From: Naegleria gruberi
Lineage: Eukaryota
Assembly (NCBI GenBank): GCA_000004985.1
Contig: GG738851.1
Length of the DNA: 64,000 nt
Direction: 5' to 3' (one strand)
Below the pieces are notes generated by a model, which did no database searches, was not told the origin of the DNA, and saw nothing but the letters and a program-made list of their open reading frames with translations. The translations under genes were made by a program, and so were the position numbers. This document shows positions 31,423-41,672 of this stretch, piece by piece; the first letter of the stretch is position 1; the number at the start of each line of letters is the position of its first letter.

Positions 31423-31890
31423 TCATTTCTTTATATTGTTAAGATTTAATTTTACAATTCTTTGGCGAATATGTTTAATATCAACGGAGTGTTTTTTGCA
31501 AAACTTTGAGTCCAATATAGTAGCCAACTCTAATGATGACCAAGTAACAACTGGATCCTTGTTCTTAATTATAGAGTCAGATATGGTGCATTCTTCATAC
31601 TTTAAAGATCTGTTTGCCAAGAAGAATGGAATGTGACAGTATTCATTATTTTTCCAATCCCCACCTTTCCAATTGTTAAGGTTGTCAATCTTATTGAAAT
31701 AAGACTCCTCTCCGTTTCCAGATAAACTTGGTAATATATTCGTTGGGTATCTTTTTCTAGTTTGTTCCTTCATTTTAACAAACAATTTTTCATCGAACAA
31801 TTTCTTCAATTCTTTATCTTGTACAACGAACAAAGGCAGGTATTTGATGGGACCTTGATTGAGTGAAGTTGATTTGTCCTCTTGATTCAA
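31423..31890 (-). pseudogene. 5'- and 3'-truncated duplicate of the 28744..29652 gene (lacks the N-terminal ~55 aa, any ATG, and the GIY-YIG-like C-terminus)
   Basis: The translated region HVFIKSELNQEDKSTSLNQGPIKYLPLFVVQDKELKKLFDEK...KRYPTNILPS...GGDWKNNEYCHIPFF...YEECTISDS...KKHSV aligns along its length to residues ~56-215 of the intact copy. The listed start is a TTG and the frame has no ATG. The 5' flank motif CATTTCTTTATAATTA(TTA)AGATTTCTATTTACAA is shared (29670..29705 versus 31975..32010). Confidence 0.45.
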
Positions 31891-32175
31891 TTCACTCTTT
31901 ATAAAAACATGTCATGCTGAGTTGAAATTTTACTCGCATCTTCTCCTGGTATCATTTCATTGACATTTTAATGTTTCATTTCTTTATAATTATTAAGATT
32001 TCTATTTACAATCAATAGATTCGTTGCATTCACTGTTCAAACATTCAAAGACTGTAGCGGGATAGTCGCCATATTCCTGGCAGGCTTCTGGTCTTAATTG
32101 TAAAATGAAATAACAAATATTTATTCTGATGTTTAATTAATTTTTAAAAGCAAAACTGATTCAAAAATTTAGACT

Positions 32176-32586
32176 TTAAGAAATTGATTTCTGTTTCAAT
32201 TTACGCTTGTAAATATCAACTTTCTTATTCTTCTTGCCACCTCTTCTATTCTTTCTATTCTTTCTATTCTTCTTTCTGTAAGTGTCAATTCTTCTCTTCT
32301 TATTAAATCTTCTCTTCTTTCCATAAACATCAATCTTCTTTCTGATAATTCCCTTCTTTCCAAATTTCTTCCATCCTCTTCTCTTTCTTCCATAGGTGTC
32401 AATGTAGTTGTTGAGCTTTCTATTCTTCTTTCTCTTCTTGAGATTTCTCTTCTTGTTATTCTTTCTAATGAACAAGGAAAGTGTTGAGGCAGCAGTTGAT
32501 TCTTCTGCAGAAACTCCAGAAGTGAAAGAAAGTGCAAGAATGGCCAAAGTCAAGGCAATCAATAAGATTGAAACAAATCTTTTCAT
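32176..32586 (-). CDS. Secreted, extremely basic tandem-repeat protein
   Basis: Signal peptide MKRFVSILLIALTLAILALSFTSGVSA, then four to five repeats of (I/V)D(T/V/I)YG(R/K)KRR embedded in K/R runs. The alternative listed frame 32196..32537 (RRE-rich) is an artefact of the same repeat DNA. Confidence 0.4.
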   Translation of the reverse strand: MKRFVSILLIALTLAILALSFTSGVSAEESTAASTLSLFIRKNNKKRNLKKRKKNRKLNNYIDTYGRKRRGWKKFGKKGIIRKKIDVYGKKRRFNKKRRIDTYRKKNRKNRKNRRGGKKNKKVDIYKRKLKQKSIS

Positions 32587-33328
32587 TTTTTGTTTTTTGA
32601 TTGTGTTTGAGAAGTGAAACATGTTTCAACAGTATTTAAATGTTTGAAAAGAATAGTTTGATTAGTATATTGATTTTTATGATTTTCCATAAAGAGAGTA
32701 GCCACAGATTTTGGACATTGTACATTTGGTCTTTGTTAATCGGTGCGGATAATTGAACAAGAACAGAATGAAAGAACTTCAATGGTTGGATTGTGCTCAA
32801 AGATGTGGAATATCTTGGAATGAAAAAAGTTCCAATATTTAAAGAACGAAAGGACTCTGTAAACTGTTGGTGGACTTTTTGAATTAATCTGATACATCGT
32901 ACTTTTTTTATTCTTGTGCTAGTAGTTTCAAGTTGTCCAATGAAGAGTGGGAATCCTCTCTTTAACTTTCGTATATTTTGAAAATGAGATAAACAAGAGG
33001 TGCTTACCACTCTATACCAAGTTATTGTTAGATGAATTTGCACTCGAGTCAAATTTTTGACACTATTGCCAATAATTGAGTTTTGATTTTTTCACCTTAG
33101 GAGTAATGATATCTTAGCTACCTCTCATTTAATTTTAAAGATTTCATCTCTAAAAACCACAGAGAAAATAATAAAAGATTGGACTCTTTCATTTTTTTTT
33201 ACAAAAAACAAGGTAATATACAAGTTATGAGATAGGTTTTGGATATAATAGTATATATTTCTTTGCAAAGAAATTCAATAAACCTTACCAAGTATGTGAG
33301 AACACAAATTAAGGAACAAAGATAAAAA

Positions 33329-33446
33329 GACTACAGCACCACAGGTTCCCAAGTTGTCTCCAACCTCAGTACTGATGTGGCTCGACGATGCTTAACTTCT
33401 CAAATCGGACGGGATGAGGTGCATTCATCGTGATATGGCCATAGCC
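33329..33446 (-). rRNA. 5S rRNA gene, copy 2 (inverted relative to copy 1)
   Basis: Reverse complement matches copy 1 along the full 118 nt apart from GGCTATGG (versus GGCTACGG) and GCTGTAGTC (versus GCAGTAGTC). It is immediately followed on its own strand by TTTTTATC, a Pol III terminator. Confidence 0.85.
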
Positions 33447-33513
33447 ATTCATCTCTCAAATACAATGAATATAAAGAACATTAGTTATTAAAATATTGTA
33501 AACTGGATAAAAA

Positions 33514-34970
33514 ATGTCGCAACATAAGAACGTTGTTATCATTGGTGGAGGAGTGGCCGGTTTGTATGCTGCCAAAACACTTTCGGATAACCAAGTTTCG
33601 AATTTTATAATTTTGGAAGCAAGTTCAAGACTTGGAGGAAGAGTTTGCTCTGATTCCGAAAGAGGTATCGAATTAGGAGGTGTGTTTACAACCAACACAT
33701 TTAAATACTAATATTTAAACTACTTTTAAAACAGCTGAATATGTTCATGGAGAGGAAACTATTTTGTGGGATATTTTGGTCAACCAATTAAATGTGGAAT
33801 TGGAATTTAATCATGACATGACAAAACTAACTCCAAAAGAATGTGGATTGGGATTAGTAGTTGGTGCGTAATTTATCAAATTATTGAAATTGGAATTAAT
33901 GAAATTTCAAAGATGGGAAAATGCTTCAAGCTGACAATCCTATATTTGCAGAATTGGATGAAATTCTTGAAAAGCTAATAAATGATGAAGAGCTAAAATT
34001 TGCAAAAGATATGACACTTAAGGAATGGCTGATTTGGAGGGAAATTCCAGAAAAGTATCACTTGTTAGTTGACTCAACAATTGCCCAGGAAAATGCAACT
34101 TGTATTGATGTGTACAGCGCTAAGGGAGCTCAAGAAGATTTAATTGCTGAGTTTAATAGTGAATTTGGAGATGGGAATTACTTTCTTAAGGGAAAGAATA
34201 CTTTGGAAAATTTGATAATTCCATATTTGGTTAAATCCATCCAACAAGAACAAATTAGATTGGATTATGCTGTGGATTCCATTGATTACACTTCCAACCA
34301 AATCAAAATTAATGGAGGCGATATTATTTGTGATAAGATTATCCTCACTGTTCCATTAACAACTTTACAACATAATTTAATTCAATTTACTCCAGATTTA
34401 TCACCAATCAAAAAGCATTTAATTCAAAATCAATTCAACATGAATGGTGGCACCAAGATTATTCTCAATTATAAGAAACCATTTTGGAGAGAACAATTCC
34501 CAAATGTGAATGTTGTTTGTGTTGGAGATGATGATCCCTTAATTTCTCAATTCTGGTTTTCGAGCACATCTGAGGAACAATCTGAGAAATTTGGACACGT
34601 AATTACTGGATTTTCAATGAGTAATAGAGCAAATTATGGAATTGTGATGGGAGAGGAGAAGGTTAAGGATCATTTCAGAAAAATGATTCAAAATATTTGT
34701 GGATTAACAAGTGAAAATGATGGATTTATTGGTGGAATGGTAAGGAATTGGCAAGATGTTGAGCACATTTCTGGAGCTTATGCATCGGTCAATACTTCAG
34801 AAGAATCGAGACAAAACTATATTGGAAACCCTAGATTGGCCCTCTCTCAACCTATTGAATCAAAGATTTATTTTGCAGGTGAATTGTTCTGTACTCATTC
34901 GCCTGCTACTATTCATGGAGCAATGGAAACTGGAAGAGATGCTGCTTTGAGAGTAATAGCCGAAATGTAA
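33514..34970 (+). CDS. Flavin-containing amine oxidase (polyamine-oxidase-like). Model: join(33514..33679, 33735..33863, 33913..34970).
   Basis: Exon 1 has the FAD Rossmann fold VVIIGGGVAGLYAAKTLS...ILEASSRLGGRV. A 55-nt intron (GG|GTGTGT...AAAACAG|) and a 49-nt intron (VV|GTGCGT...TTCAAAG|) restore ...RGIELGAEYVHGEETILWD...GLGLVVDGKMLQADNPIF.... The total is 1353 nt (451 codons). The C-terminus has the amine-oxidase motif ...YFAGELFC..HGAMETG. Confidence 0.7.
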
Positions 34971-35208
34971 AGTTTATTCGAAAGTGTTTGTTTTTACCTT
35001 AGATACTCAGTTGACCAGATTTCAGCTAATTCTTAAGAAATCAAAAAATTTTTAAGAAAGATTTAATTTCTAAATAGCCATCAATCACATGCCAATAAAT
35101 ATGGGGAAATAAAAGTCAAAAAGTCAATGACTAGTCTTGAAAGGTGTTTCCAAAAGTAATGTGAATGGCAACTTTGCACTTATTGAAATTGTTATTTAAA
35201 CCAACCGA

Positions 35209-35946
35209 ATGTTTCTAATAGAAAACAATAACAAAAAAAGAAACAAAATGATTATGCAAGAATTTGAACCAAAGAGAAGAAACACAAAGATTTCAACAAG
35301 TTTTGATGAAAGTCCAATTACTAATATTTCACTTTCGAATAAGAATACTTCAAGTTTCGATGAACAAGTTCCAATTTTCAAAGCAAAGAGACAAACACCA
35401 TTCCCATATTTGAAGAGAAAGTCAATCAGAATTGACTTGGTATTGAAGCAACAAAAACTTGCTCAAAAGAAGAAGAATGAACAAAAGTTATTGGAATCTT
35501 TGAGAAATGACAAGAAACTGTTAGAAAATGAAAACATGACCTTGAAGGGAAGAATTATGCAAATGGAATTTATACTTCAACAATTAAAATCTACCAGACC
35601 TAGCACACAAACTCACTCAACTCAACCAAAGAAATCTAACAAGTCAACTGACTCAATTCAATGCACCAAATGTCAAAAGTGCCTCTCCTCCAAATATTTC
35701 AAATATCATGATAGAATTTGTGGAAACACCAAGCTCAATCGTTTACTTTCAGAAACGGATTTGAAAAGATTACAATTTCTAAGAAAGAATCAAAAAACTG
35801 TATTAAATTTCTCACCAAAGAATGACTGGAGAAGAAAGAGGGAAGAGTTTTTGGCTCAAATTAAGAGCGCCCAAAAGAAGCACTCTTCAAATTGTATTAT
35901 TTTCTTTAGAACACAAGAAAAGAGTTTCTATAAATCAATAAAGTAA
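35209..35946 (+). CDS. Hypothetical basic protein with a coiled-coil/leucine-zipper-like segment and a C-terminal C2HC-like Cys cluster
   Basis: 245 aa from an ATG. Contains KRKSIRIDLVLKQQKLAQKKKNEQKLLESLRNDKKLLENENMTLKGRIMQMEFILQQLK, then CTKCQKCLSSKYFKYHDRICGN. Confidence 0.35.
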   Translation: MFLIENNNKKRNKMIMQEFEPKRRNTKISTSFDESPITNISLSNKNTSSFDEQVPIFKAKRQTPFPYLKRKSIRIDLVLKQQKLAQKKKNEQKLLESLRNDKKLLENENMTLKGRIMQMEFILQQLKSTRPSTQTHSTQPKKSNKSTDSIQCTKCQKCLSSKYFKYHDRICGNTKLNRLLSETDLKRLQFLRKNQKTVLNFSPKNDWRRKREEFLAQIKSAQKKHSSNCIIFFRTQEKSFYKSIK

Positions 35947-35985
35947 AACACTTGCTCATAAAAAATTGATAAAAGCGTTAAAAGA

Positions 35986-36069
35986 TCCGATGAGACGGAA
36001 TCGAACCGCCGACCACAGGATAACAGTTTCAGCTACAGTCCCATGCTCTACCAGCTGAGCTATCATCGG
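35986..36069 (-). tRNA. tRNA-Tyr(GUA) with an 11-nt intron
   Basis: Reverse complement reads CCGATGA-TA-GCTC-AGCTGGTA-GAGC-A-TGGGA-CTGTAG|CTGAAACTGTT|A-TCCTG-TGGTC-GGCGG-TTCGATT-CCGTC-TCATCGG-A. The acceptor stem is perfect, the anticodon is GTA, and the intron sits at the canonical 37/38 position. A T4 run follows on the gene strand. Confidence 0.8.
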
Positions 36070-36211
36070 TTACATTAACTTTTCCAAAATATTCTAAATA
36101 AATCAAAAATACGATTCAACATTATGTTTAATATTACCCCTCCATGTGAATTAATACTTACCAATTCTATTACTGTACGTTCCCAATCAAAAACAATAAT
36201 CAAGAAAAAAA

Positions 36212-37279
36212 ATGAATCAATTACTCAGACGTTCTTCTCTCGCCAATTTTTCAAAAATCAAAAATTTCAAAGCCTTCATCATTTCATCAAATTGCTCTGC
36301 ATTGGCTGTGCATTGTAATTTTCCAGTCTTTGGAATGACATCCACTCCACAATATTTCCATTCCTCCCTACAATTAAAATCCAATACAGAAGCCGAAGAA
36401 AAGAGAAGAAGAGAAAAATACGAATCTGTTATTATCGAAGCACGTAATGCCTATTATAATAAGGAATTTGATAAAGCCATCATGATGTGTAGTAATGTTT
36501 TAAAATTGGATAAAGATTATAAGGATGCTATCGGACTTCGTGGACTTTGTTATTATTATGTTGGAAAATATGAAAGTTCTTTGGCTGATTTGGATAAATA
36601 TTTGGAACAGAATGTTATTGATTTTGAAACTACATTACATAGAGCTTATTGTAATTTTAAATTAATGAGATTTGAAGATATGTTAACTGATTTGAATGCT
36701 ATTATTTTCGTTACTTCACCATCTGAATTTCCAAATAGATTTATTGATGCTCGATTAATGAGAGCTAATTATTATTTAATGACCAGGGATGTTGATTTGG
36801 CATTTGCTGATTTACATGCTATTGAAAATAATTTGGGAAATTCAAGTTTTGCCTTGCAAAATGAACAACTTGCTCAATTCTATGAAGGAATTGCTCTTTG
36901 TTATGCTGCCAGATCACAACACGATAAATCAGCATTCTACTTGACTGAATTAATTGAAAAGGGATACAAAAATCAAGGAAAGACACCAGATGCTAATATT
37001 AATTTGAAGAGAGCTCTCTCCTATGTCGAATGTTGCAATTTTGAAAAAGCCATTGAAGATATTGACCTTTACATTTCCTCTAAAGGATTTATGGAAATGC
37101 CAGGTGTCTTTATTTTGAAAGCCAAAGCACTCTTTGGAATGAAACAATACCAAAAAGCACTCGAAGAAGTATCTACCTTTGAAGAATTGGACTTTGTCAA
37201 GAGAAATCCCTTCATGATTGCACCAGAATGGTTAGACGAAGCCAAACACATCAAGGAAGAATGCAAAAAGCATTTATAA
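36212..37279 (+). CDS. TPR-repeat protein with presequence-like N-terminus
   Basis: 355 aa from an ATG. The N-terminus is MNQLLRRSSLANFSKIKNFKAF. Multiple 34-aa TPR-like units follow (AIMMCSNVLKLDKDYKDAIGLRGLCYYYVGKYESSLADLDKYLEQN..., etc.). Confidence 0.5.
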   Translation: MNQLLRRSSLANFSKIKNFKAFIISSNCSALAVHCNFPVFGMTSTPQYFHSSLQLKSNTEAEEKRRREKYESVIIEARNAYYNKEFDKAIMMCSNVLKLDKDYKDAIGLRGLCYYYVGKYESSLADLDKYLEQNVIDFETTLHRAYCNFKLMRFEDMLTDLNAIIFVTSPSEFPNRFIDARLMRANYYLMTRDVDLAFADLHAIENNLGNSSFALQNEQLAQFYEGIALCYAARSQHDKSAFYLTELIEKGYKNQGKTPDANINLKRALSYVECCNFEKAIEDIDLYISSKGFMEMPGVFILKAKALFGMKQYQKALEEVSTFEELDFVKRNPFMIAPEWLDEAKHIKEECKKHL

Positions 37280-37439
37280 ATCAAAATAATCACTTCCACA
37301 CAACCCACTTTCCTCAAATAATAATAATACTTGAACAATTGCCACATCAACCACAACCAATAGGTGAATTGTACTTGTGTGTGAAACTTTTCACACAAAC
37401 TGTTGTTATCCAACCCATCAAAGAACTTCAATTAAAAAA

Positions 37440-38815
37440 ATGAGCAGCAGCAACAAGTTCTTCCGTGTGTTGCATCAATCAAAGAAGAGCAAAGCACGTG
37501 TTGGTCAAATCATTACACAGCACGGAATTATCGAAACTCCAAACTTTGTACCAGTTGGAACGAATGGAACACTCAAAGGAATTGATAATCACTCACTTTC
37601 ATCATTGGATGTTCAGTTAATGTTTTCCAATACCTATCACTTGTTGATTCATCCGGGAGTTGAGGCAATTGAACAAGCAGGAGGATTACACAAGTATGTC
37701 TCTTGATTTTTATGTTAAACATATTCACATTCATATTCACATCCACATGAAAATATTAAATATTGAATGTGATGATGATTGAATATTTCAGATTTATTTC
37801 AAGGAAACATCCAATTATTACTGATTCGGGAGGTTTTCAAGTTTTTTCACTTCAATCAACACCAACAGAGGAAGGAGTTTTTGAAGGAGAATCACCGAGG
37901 AAATTGATTGAATTGAAAGGACAATCGAAGAATAAGGCACATTCAGAAAGTTTAGTTGAGAGAGTTTCTGAGGATGGTGTGACTTTTAGATCGTATAGGG
38001 ATGGTAAATTACTTCAGCTCACTCCTGAAACATCTGTCACTGCTCAACATAAATTTGGATCTGATATTATAATTCCATTTGATGAGCTGTTACCTGAACA
38101 TGTACCAATGACTGTTATTGAAGAATCTCTGGAAAGAACTCATAGATGGGAATTACGTTCATTGAAATGTCATTTGGAATTATCAAAACAATGTAACAAA
38201 CATCAACATATGTATTGTGTTTTACATGGTGGAACTAATTTGGATTTGAGAAAGAAATCAATGGATACTCTGCTGGATCCTTCATGTTTCCAATTTAGAG
38301 ATACTGAAGATGGTTTACCAAATGGATTTGAAGGAATTGCTATTGGAGGAAGTTTAGGATCGAATAGAGAGGAAATGTTGGATGTGTTAAAATTTACCTA
38401 CAATTATTTGGAAGAGAAGATTCCACAAGATTGTTTCGTACCTAATCATATCTTAGGCATTGGTGATATTGCCTCAATGAAATCATTTATTGAACTTGGA
38501 TTTGATACATGTGATTCGGCCTATCCAACTAGATTGGCAAGACATGGTAATTTAATTGTTGGTGCTGCCTCTGGAAATCCAACAACATTATCTATTAAGA
38601 GCTCAGCCTCTCTCGGAATGCACGATAGACCAATTGATACAACTTGTGATTGTCCAGTTTGTTCTGGGCCAGATGCCTACTCTGTGGCCTACTTGCACCA
38701 TCTATTCAAGATGAGTGAACCAACTTATATAACCCTCTCAACCATTCACAACGTTAGACAAATGATGATTTGGATGAAGACGATAAGAGAGAGAATAAAG
38801 AATGATGAATTGTAA
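37440..38815 (+). CDS. QTRT1: Queuine tRNA-ribosyltransferase, catalytic subunit. Model: join(37440..37693, 37792..38815).
   Basis: Exon 1 reads ...ARVGQIITQHGIIETPNFVPVGTNGTLKG...MFSNTYHLLIHPGVEAIEQAGGLHK. A 98-nt GTATGT..TTTCAG intron follows in phase 2. Exon 2 resumes FISRKHPIITDSGGFQVFSL, carrying the nucleophile Asp motif TDSGGFQ. The second catalytic Asp is in GFDTCDSAYPTR, and the zinc site is CDCPVCSG...LHHLF. Confidence 0.8.
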
Positions 38816-38822
38816 TGTTGTT

Positions 38823-40847
38823 CTACTGTGAATTGACAGATCTTTTTTCAAACATTTCATTCTCGATTCTTGCCTTTCTCAATAAATCATCCAGTTTGTC
38901 TCTACCGAGTGGAATTACTGGAAGCTCTCTCAGATGATTCAAACGATCCTCAATGTCATTTAACTTGTTTTTGTGCTCTCTTTCAAGTCTTGCCTCCCTT
39001 ACATAGTCTCCCTTCTCAGCTTTTTCCTCTTGTTTGGTTACCTGAACAGTTTTGTTCAGAGAGGTCCATCCTCCTTGCTCATAGCTTTCATGGATTTCAA
39101 ATAAATACCTTCTCTCTACAGGCACAATTGATTTTAGCTTTTCATCTATTGATTCTAATTTTTGAATTTCATCCTTTGATGGTTCAAAACCCATTCCATA
39201 TGGAATCCCTTCTGGAGGATCATCTTCTTTGATAATTTCAATAAGTCTCTTTTCTTCCTCATCAGTCAAGGTAAAGTAAACAGCATCGTCTTTCATTTCT
39301 TGATTTTTCTTCAAAAACGTATTTTCTTCAGCTCTTGGTGTAAGCTTTTTTCTTGTTATACCAGATTTGGCAGAGTCTCCTCTTATGAGGGAATGGTTTG
39401 ATGAGATTTTTCGTCTCGAGGAATCAAGAGCTTCTGTGGGATTTTTGTTTGATTCTCTTACAAATTTCATTAAACTGGTTTTCTTTAGAATTTCCTTCTC
39501 AGATTTATGCCTTTCCACAATAATCCTTATGCTTTCATTCAATGGCTTTCCCTTAACTTCTTTCTGTTGGAGTAATAAGTCTAATTTATGTATCTTCTTC
39601 ATGTAATCTGAAGAAATGTCTCCTTCCTTAATTTCCTCGTAAGCTTCTTCAGTGGTGATAGCACTAGCTTGAGCTAAATGGAAAATGACATCATCTCTCA
39701 TCTCAAAAATTTCAGTGTTTACAGATTTTGTTAAAATATCCAAGTCAGGTGGAAGAATCACATCCACTTGTCCGTCTTCTGTGTCAATAACTATTTTTCT
39801 TGAGGTTACCTCTTGAACAAATTCTTCTAATTCCTTCCTAATTTCATCCTTTTTAATTTCAGTAATGTCTACATCAGAAGAGTCACCAACGGAACCAGCA
39901 ACTGAACTAGGTCTAGAAGAATATCTGTTGGTCAACATGTCATAGACTGTTCCAATATTTACAAATTCACTTCTAGAGATATCACCCTCTGTTGCTTCCG
40001 ATACCATATTACTTTCTTTGGATCTTGCTGAGAGGGCTGTTATTTCTGAAATCATGTCATTAATTTCTTCAGTGTTTGTAGCTTCTTGTTCCATCGATTC
40101 ATTCTTATCACTAGAACTGATAAAAGAAGTAATTGATGCATCTGTTGAAATAGTTTCATTCATACAAACAACATCCATCAGCTCATCATTAGTATTCAAA
40201 ATATCATCCAACTCCAATTCATCCCCAATTTGAGTCTGTTCAAGATCAATATTAAAGTTGGGAATTATATTTTTGAGGTTTTGCAAACTCTCCCTTAAAT
40301 CGAAAAAATCACTGTCTTCCATTCTATCCTTCATATCTTCAATGCATGAATCGCTACACATCGAAAGATTGTCATCCTCAATAAACTTAGTAACTGGTGT
40401 TGAGACTTCCGATCGGCTAACTCCAACATTATTACTCAATGGAATTTGTTCCAAGCTAGTAAGAGATGAATTAAGAGAGGAATTGAGAGAGGATGGTATT
40501 GATTCAACTCCACTCAATTTCTTTGTAGTACCACCAGATGAGACTGCCCTCTTTCTCAACTTTGAGGAAGGCAACGATGTAAGGAAGGTACCAATTGTCT
40601 GATCTTGGCTACCATTGGATGAAGAACTCTTAACAGAAGAAACAGATTCCGACAATGATATTGTTGAATCTACACTGCCAGGTCTTGTCCTACTTGAATT
40701 AATTCCCTGAGAGGTTGAAGATCTCTTATGAATAGGAGGAAATTTAAGGGAAGGAGAAGATGAAATACTACTACCAATAGAAGGCTCCTTTTTAAGAGAA
40801 GAGGCAGATGATGGCTTCTTTCTCGAAGGGGTTGATAGCATCGACAT
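38823..40847 (-). CDS. Ser-rich hypothetical protein (about 674 aa) with a conserved-looking C-terminal domain
   Basis: First in-frame ATG at 40847 (MSMLSTPSRKKPSS...); the listed start at 40922 is a TTG. Long S/T-rich low-complexity region. The C-terminal roughly 150 aa (EEEKRLIEIIKEDDPPEGIPYGMGFEPS...YLFEIHESYEQGGWTSLNKT...) is better conserved in character. It converges on the TGT gene with a 7-bp gap. Confidence 0.45.
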   Translation of the reverse strand: MSMLSTPSRKKPSSASSLKKEPSIGSSISSSPSLKFPPIHKRSSTSQGINSSRTRPGSVDSTISLSESVSSVKSSSSNGSQDQTIGTFLTSLPSSKLRKRAVSSGGTTKKLSGVESIPSSLNSSLNSSLTSLEQIPLSNNVGVSRSEVSTPVTKFIEDDNLSMCSDSCIEDMKDRMEDSDFFDLRESLQNLKNIIPNFNIDLEQTQIGDELELDDILNTNDELMDVVCMNETISTDASITSFISSSDKNESMEQEATNTEEINDMISEITALSARSKESNMVSEATEGDISRSEFVNIGTVYDMLTNRYSSRPSSVAGSVGDSSDVDITEIKKDEIRKELEEFVQEVTSRKIVIDTEDGQVDVILPPDLDILTKSVNTEIFEMRDDVIFHLAQASAITTEEAYEEIKEGDISSDYMKKIHKLDLLLQQKEVKGKPLNESIRIIVERHKSEKEILKKTSLMKFVRESNKNPTEALDSSRRKISSNHSLIRGDSAKSGITRKKLTPRAEENTFLKKNQEMKDDAVYFTLTDEEEKRLIEIIKEDDPPEGIPYGMGFEPSKDEIQKLESIDEKLKSIVPVERRYLFEIHESYEQGGWTSLNKTVQVTKQEEKAEKGDYVREARLEREHKNKLNDIEDRLNHLRELPVIPLGRDKLDDLLRKARIENEMFEKRSVNSQ

Positions 40848-41156
40848 CAAAGACTTTTTTTTGTAGTTTGAAAAGAAGAGAAATTGGCGCCATTTTAAGA
40901 CAGCAGAAAAAACGAAACTCAAGAATTGGTTGTCTAGTCAAATTTTCAGATTGTCATGCAACAAATATCATTGGAAAGATAATAGTTTTCTTGATCCTAT
41001 CCAAAATGTTTCAAGCAAGTATTATCTTCTTCCTCTTGATGAAATAAAATTGATTAAAATTATTTTAAAGTTTTTTTGTTATTTTGTGATTGTTGTTGTT
41101 GTGAATTTTCTTCATCGTTAATAAATTAATTCCCTCTAGTATATATTTACTAAAAT

Positions 41157-41375
41157 TTAGTGATGTTTATCATCGTGACCATGTCCGTGGTTTCCGTGAT
41201 GTCCACCAGATGAAGGAATAACGCCAACTTTTTCAAGTCCAAGATAAAGAACAAAAGCAGCAATACCCCAAGAAGCTCCAGGCCAAACAAGACCCCAATT
41301 ACGTGGGCTACGGATAGCTTTGCTAAAGTTGAGTTTTGGGTGTTCTCTCCAAGTATCGTATTTTTCAAAGACCAT
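41157..41375 (-). CDS. NDUFB3: NADH dehydrogenase (ubiquinone) 1 beta subcomplex subunit 3 (B12)-like
   Basis: 72 aa from the ATG at 41375: MVFEKYDTWREHPKL...NWGLVWPGASWGIAAFVLYLGLEKV...SSGGHHGNHGHGHDDKHH. The TM segment WG(F/I)AAFV and the terminal KHH match NDUFB3. The His-rich tract is C-terminal here. Confidence 0.55.
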   Translation of the reverse strand: MVFEKYDTWREHPKLNFSKAIRSPRNWGLVWPGASWGIAAFVLYLGLEKVGVIPSSGGHHGNHGHGHDDKHH

Positions 41376-41672
41376 TTTTTTAAAATATTTATTTTTAAAA
41401 TTTGGAATTGATTTTATTGTTTTCTTTGTTTGATAATCAACAAAACAGAAAGTGAAAACACTTGTGCTAAGCTTACTTGAAACAACAAGAAAAGATATCA
41501 AATTTATAATATTTAAAGACCCAGTTGTATTGTTTAGGATTGAAATAATTTAAAGAAAATAAATACATGATATTCTCAATGTGTGTTGAAAATTATAGCA
41601 TCATATTCAATTCTTGTCCATTAGTTCATGTCGGAATGTGTGTTTGATTATTCTTATTTTCTCTCGGTGTAT

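Noticed and set aside
28744-31890. Interpretation of the GIY-YIG-like genes as a Penelope-like retroelement or homing endonuclease
   Set aside because: No reverse transcriptase, no intein or intron context, and no terminal repeats are visible. Only the nuclease-like motif is present, so I kept it as 'GIY-YIG-like orphan'.
32196-32537. Alternative 113-aa frame (RRE/ERR-rich) across the basic-repeat gene
   Set aside because: It has the same repetitive DNA but no signal peptide or ATG context. The K/R frame has a canonical signal peptide and ATG.
32636-33052. 138-aa ORF on the minus strand
   Set aside because: Low-complexity product with no start context. It lies in the spacer between the basic-repeat gene and 5S copy 2.
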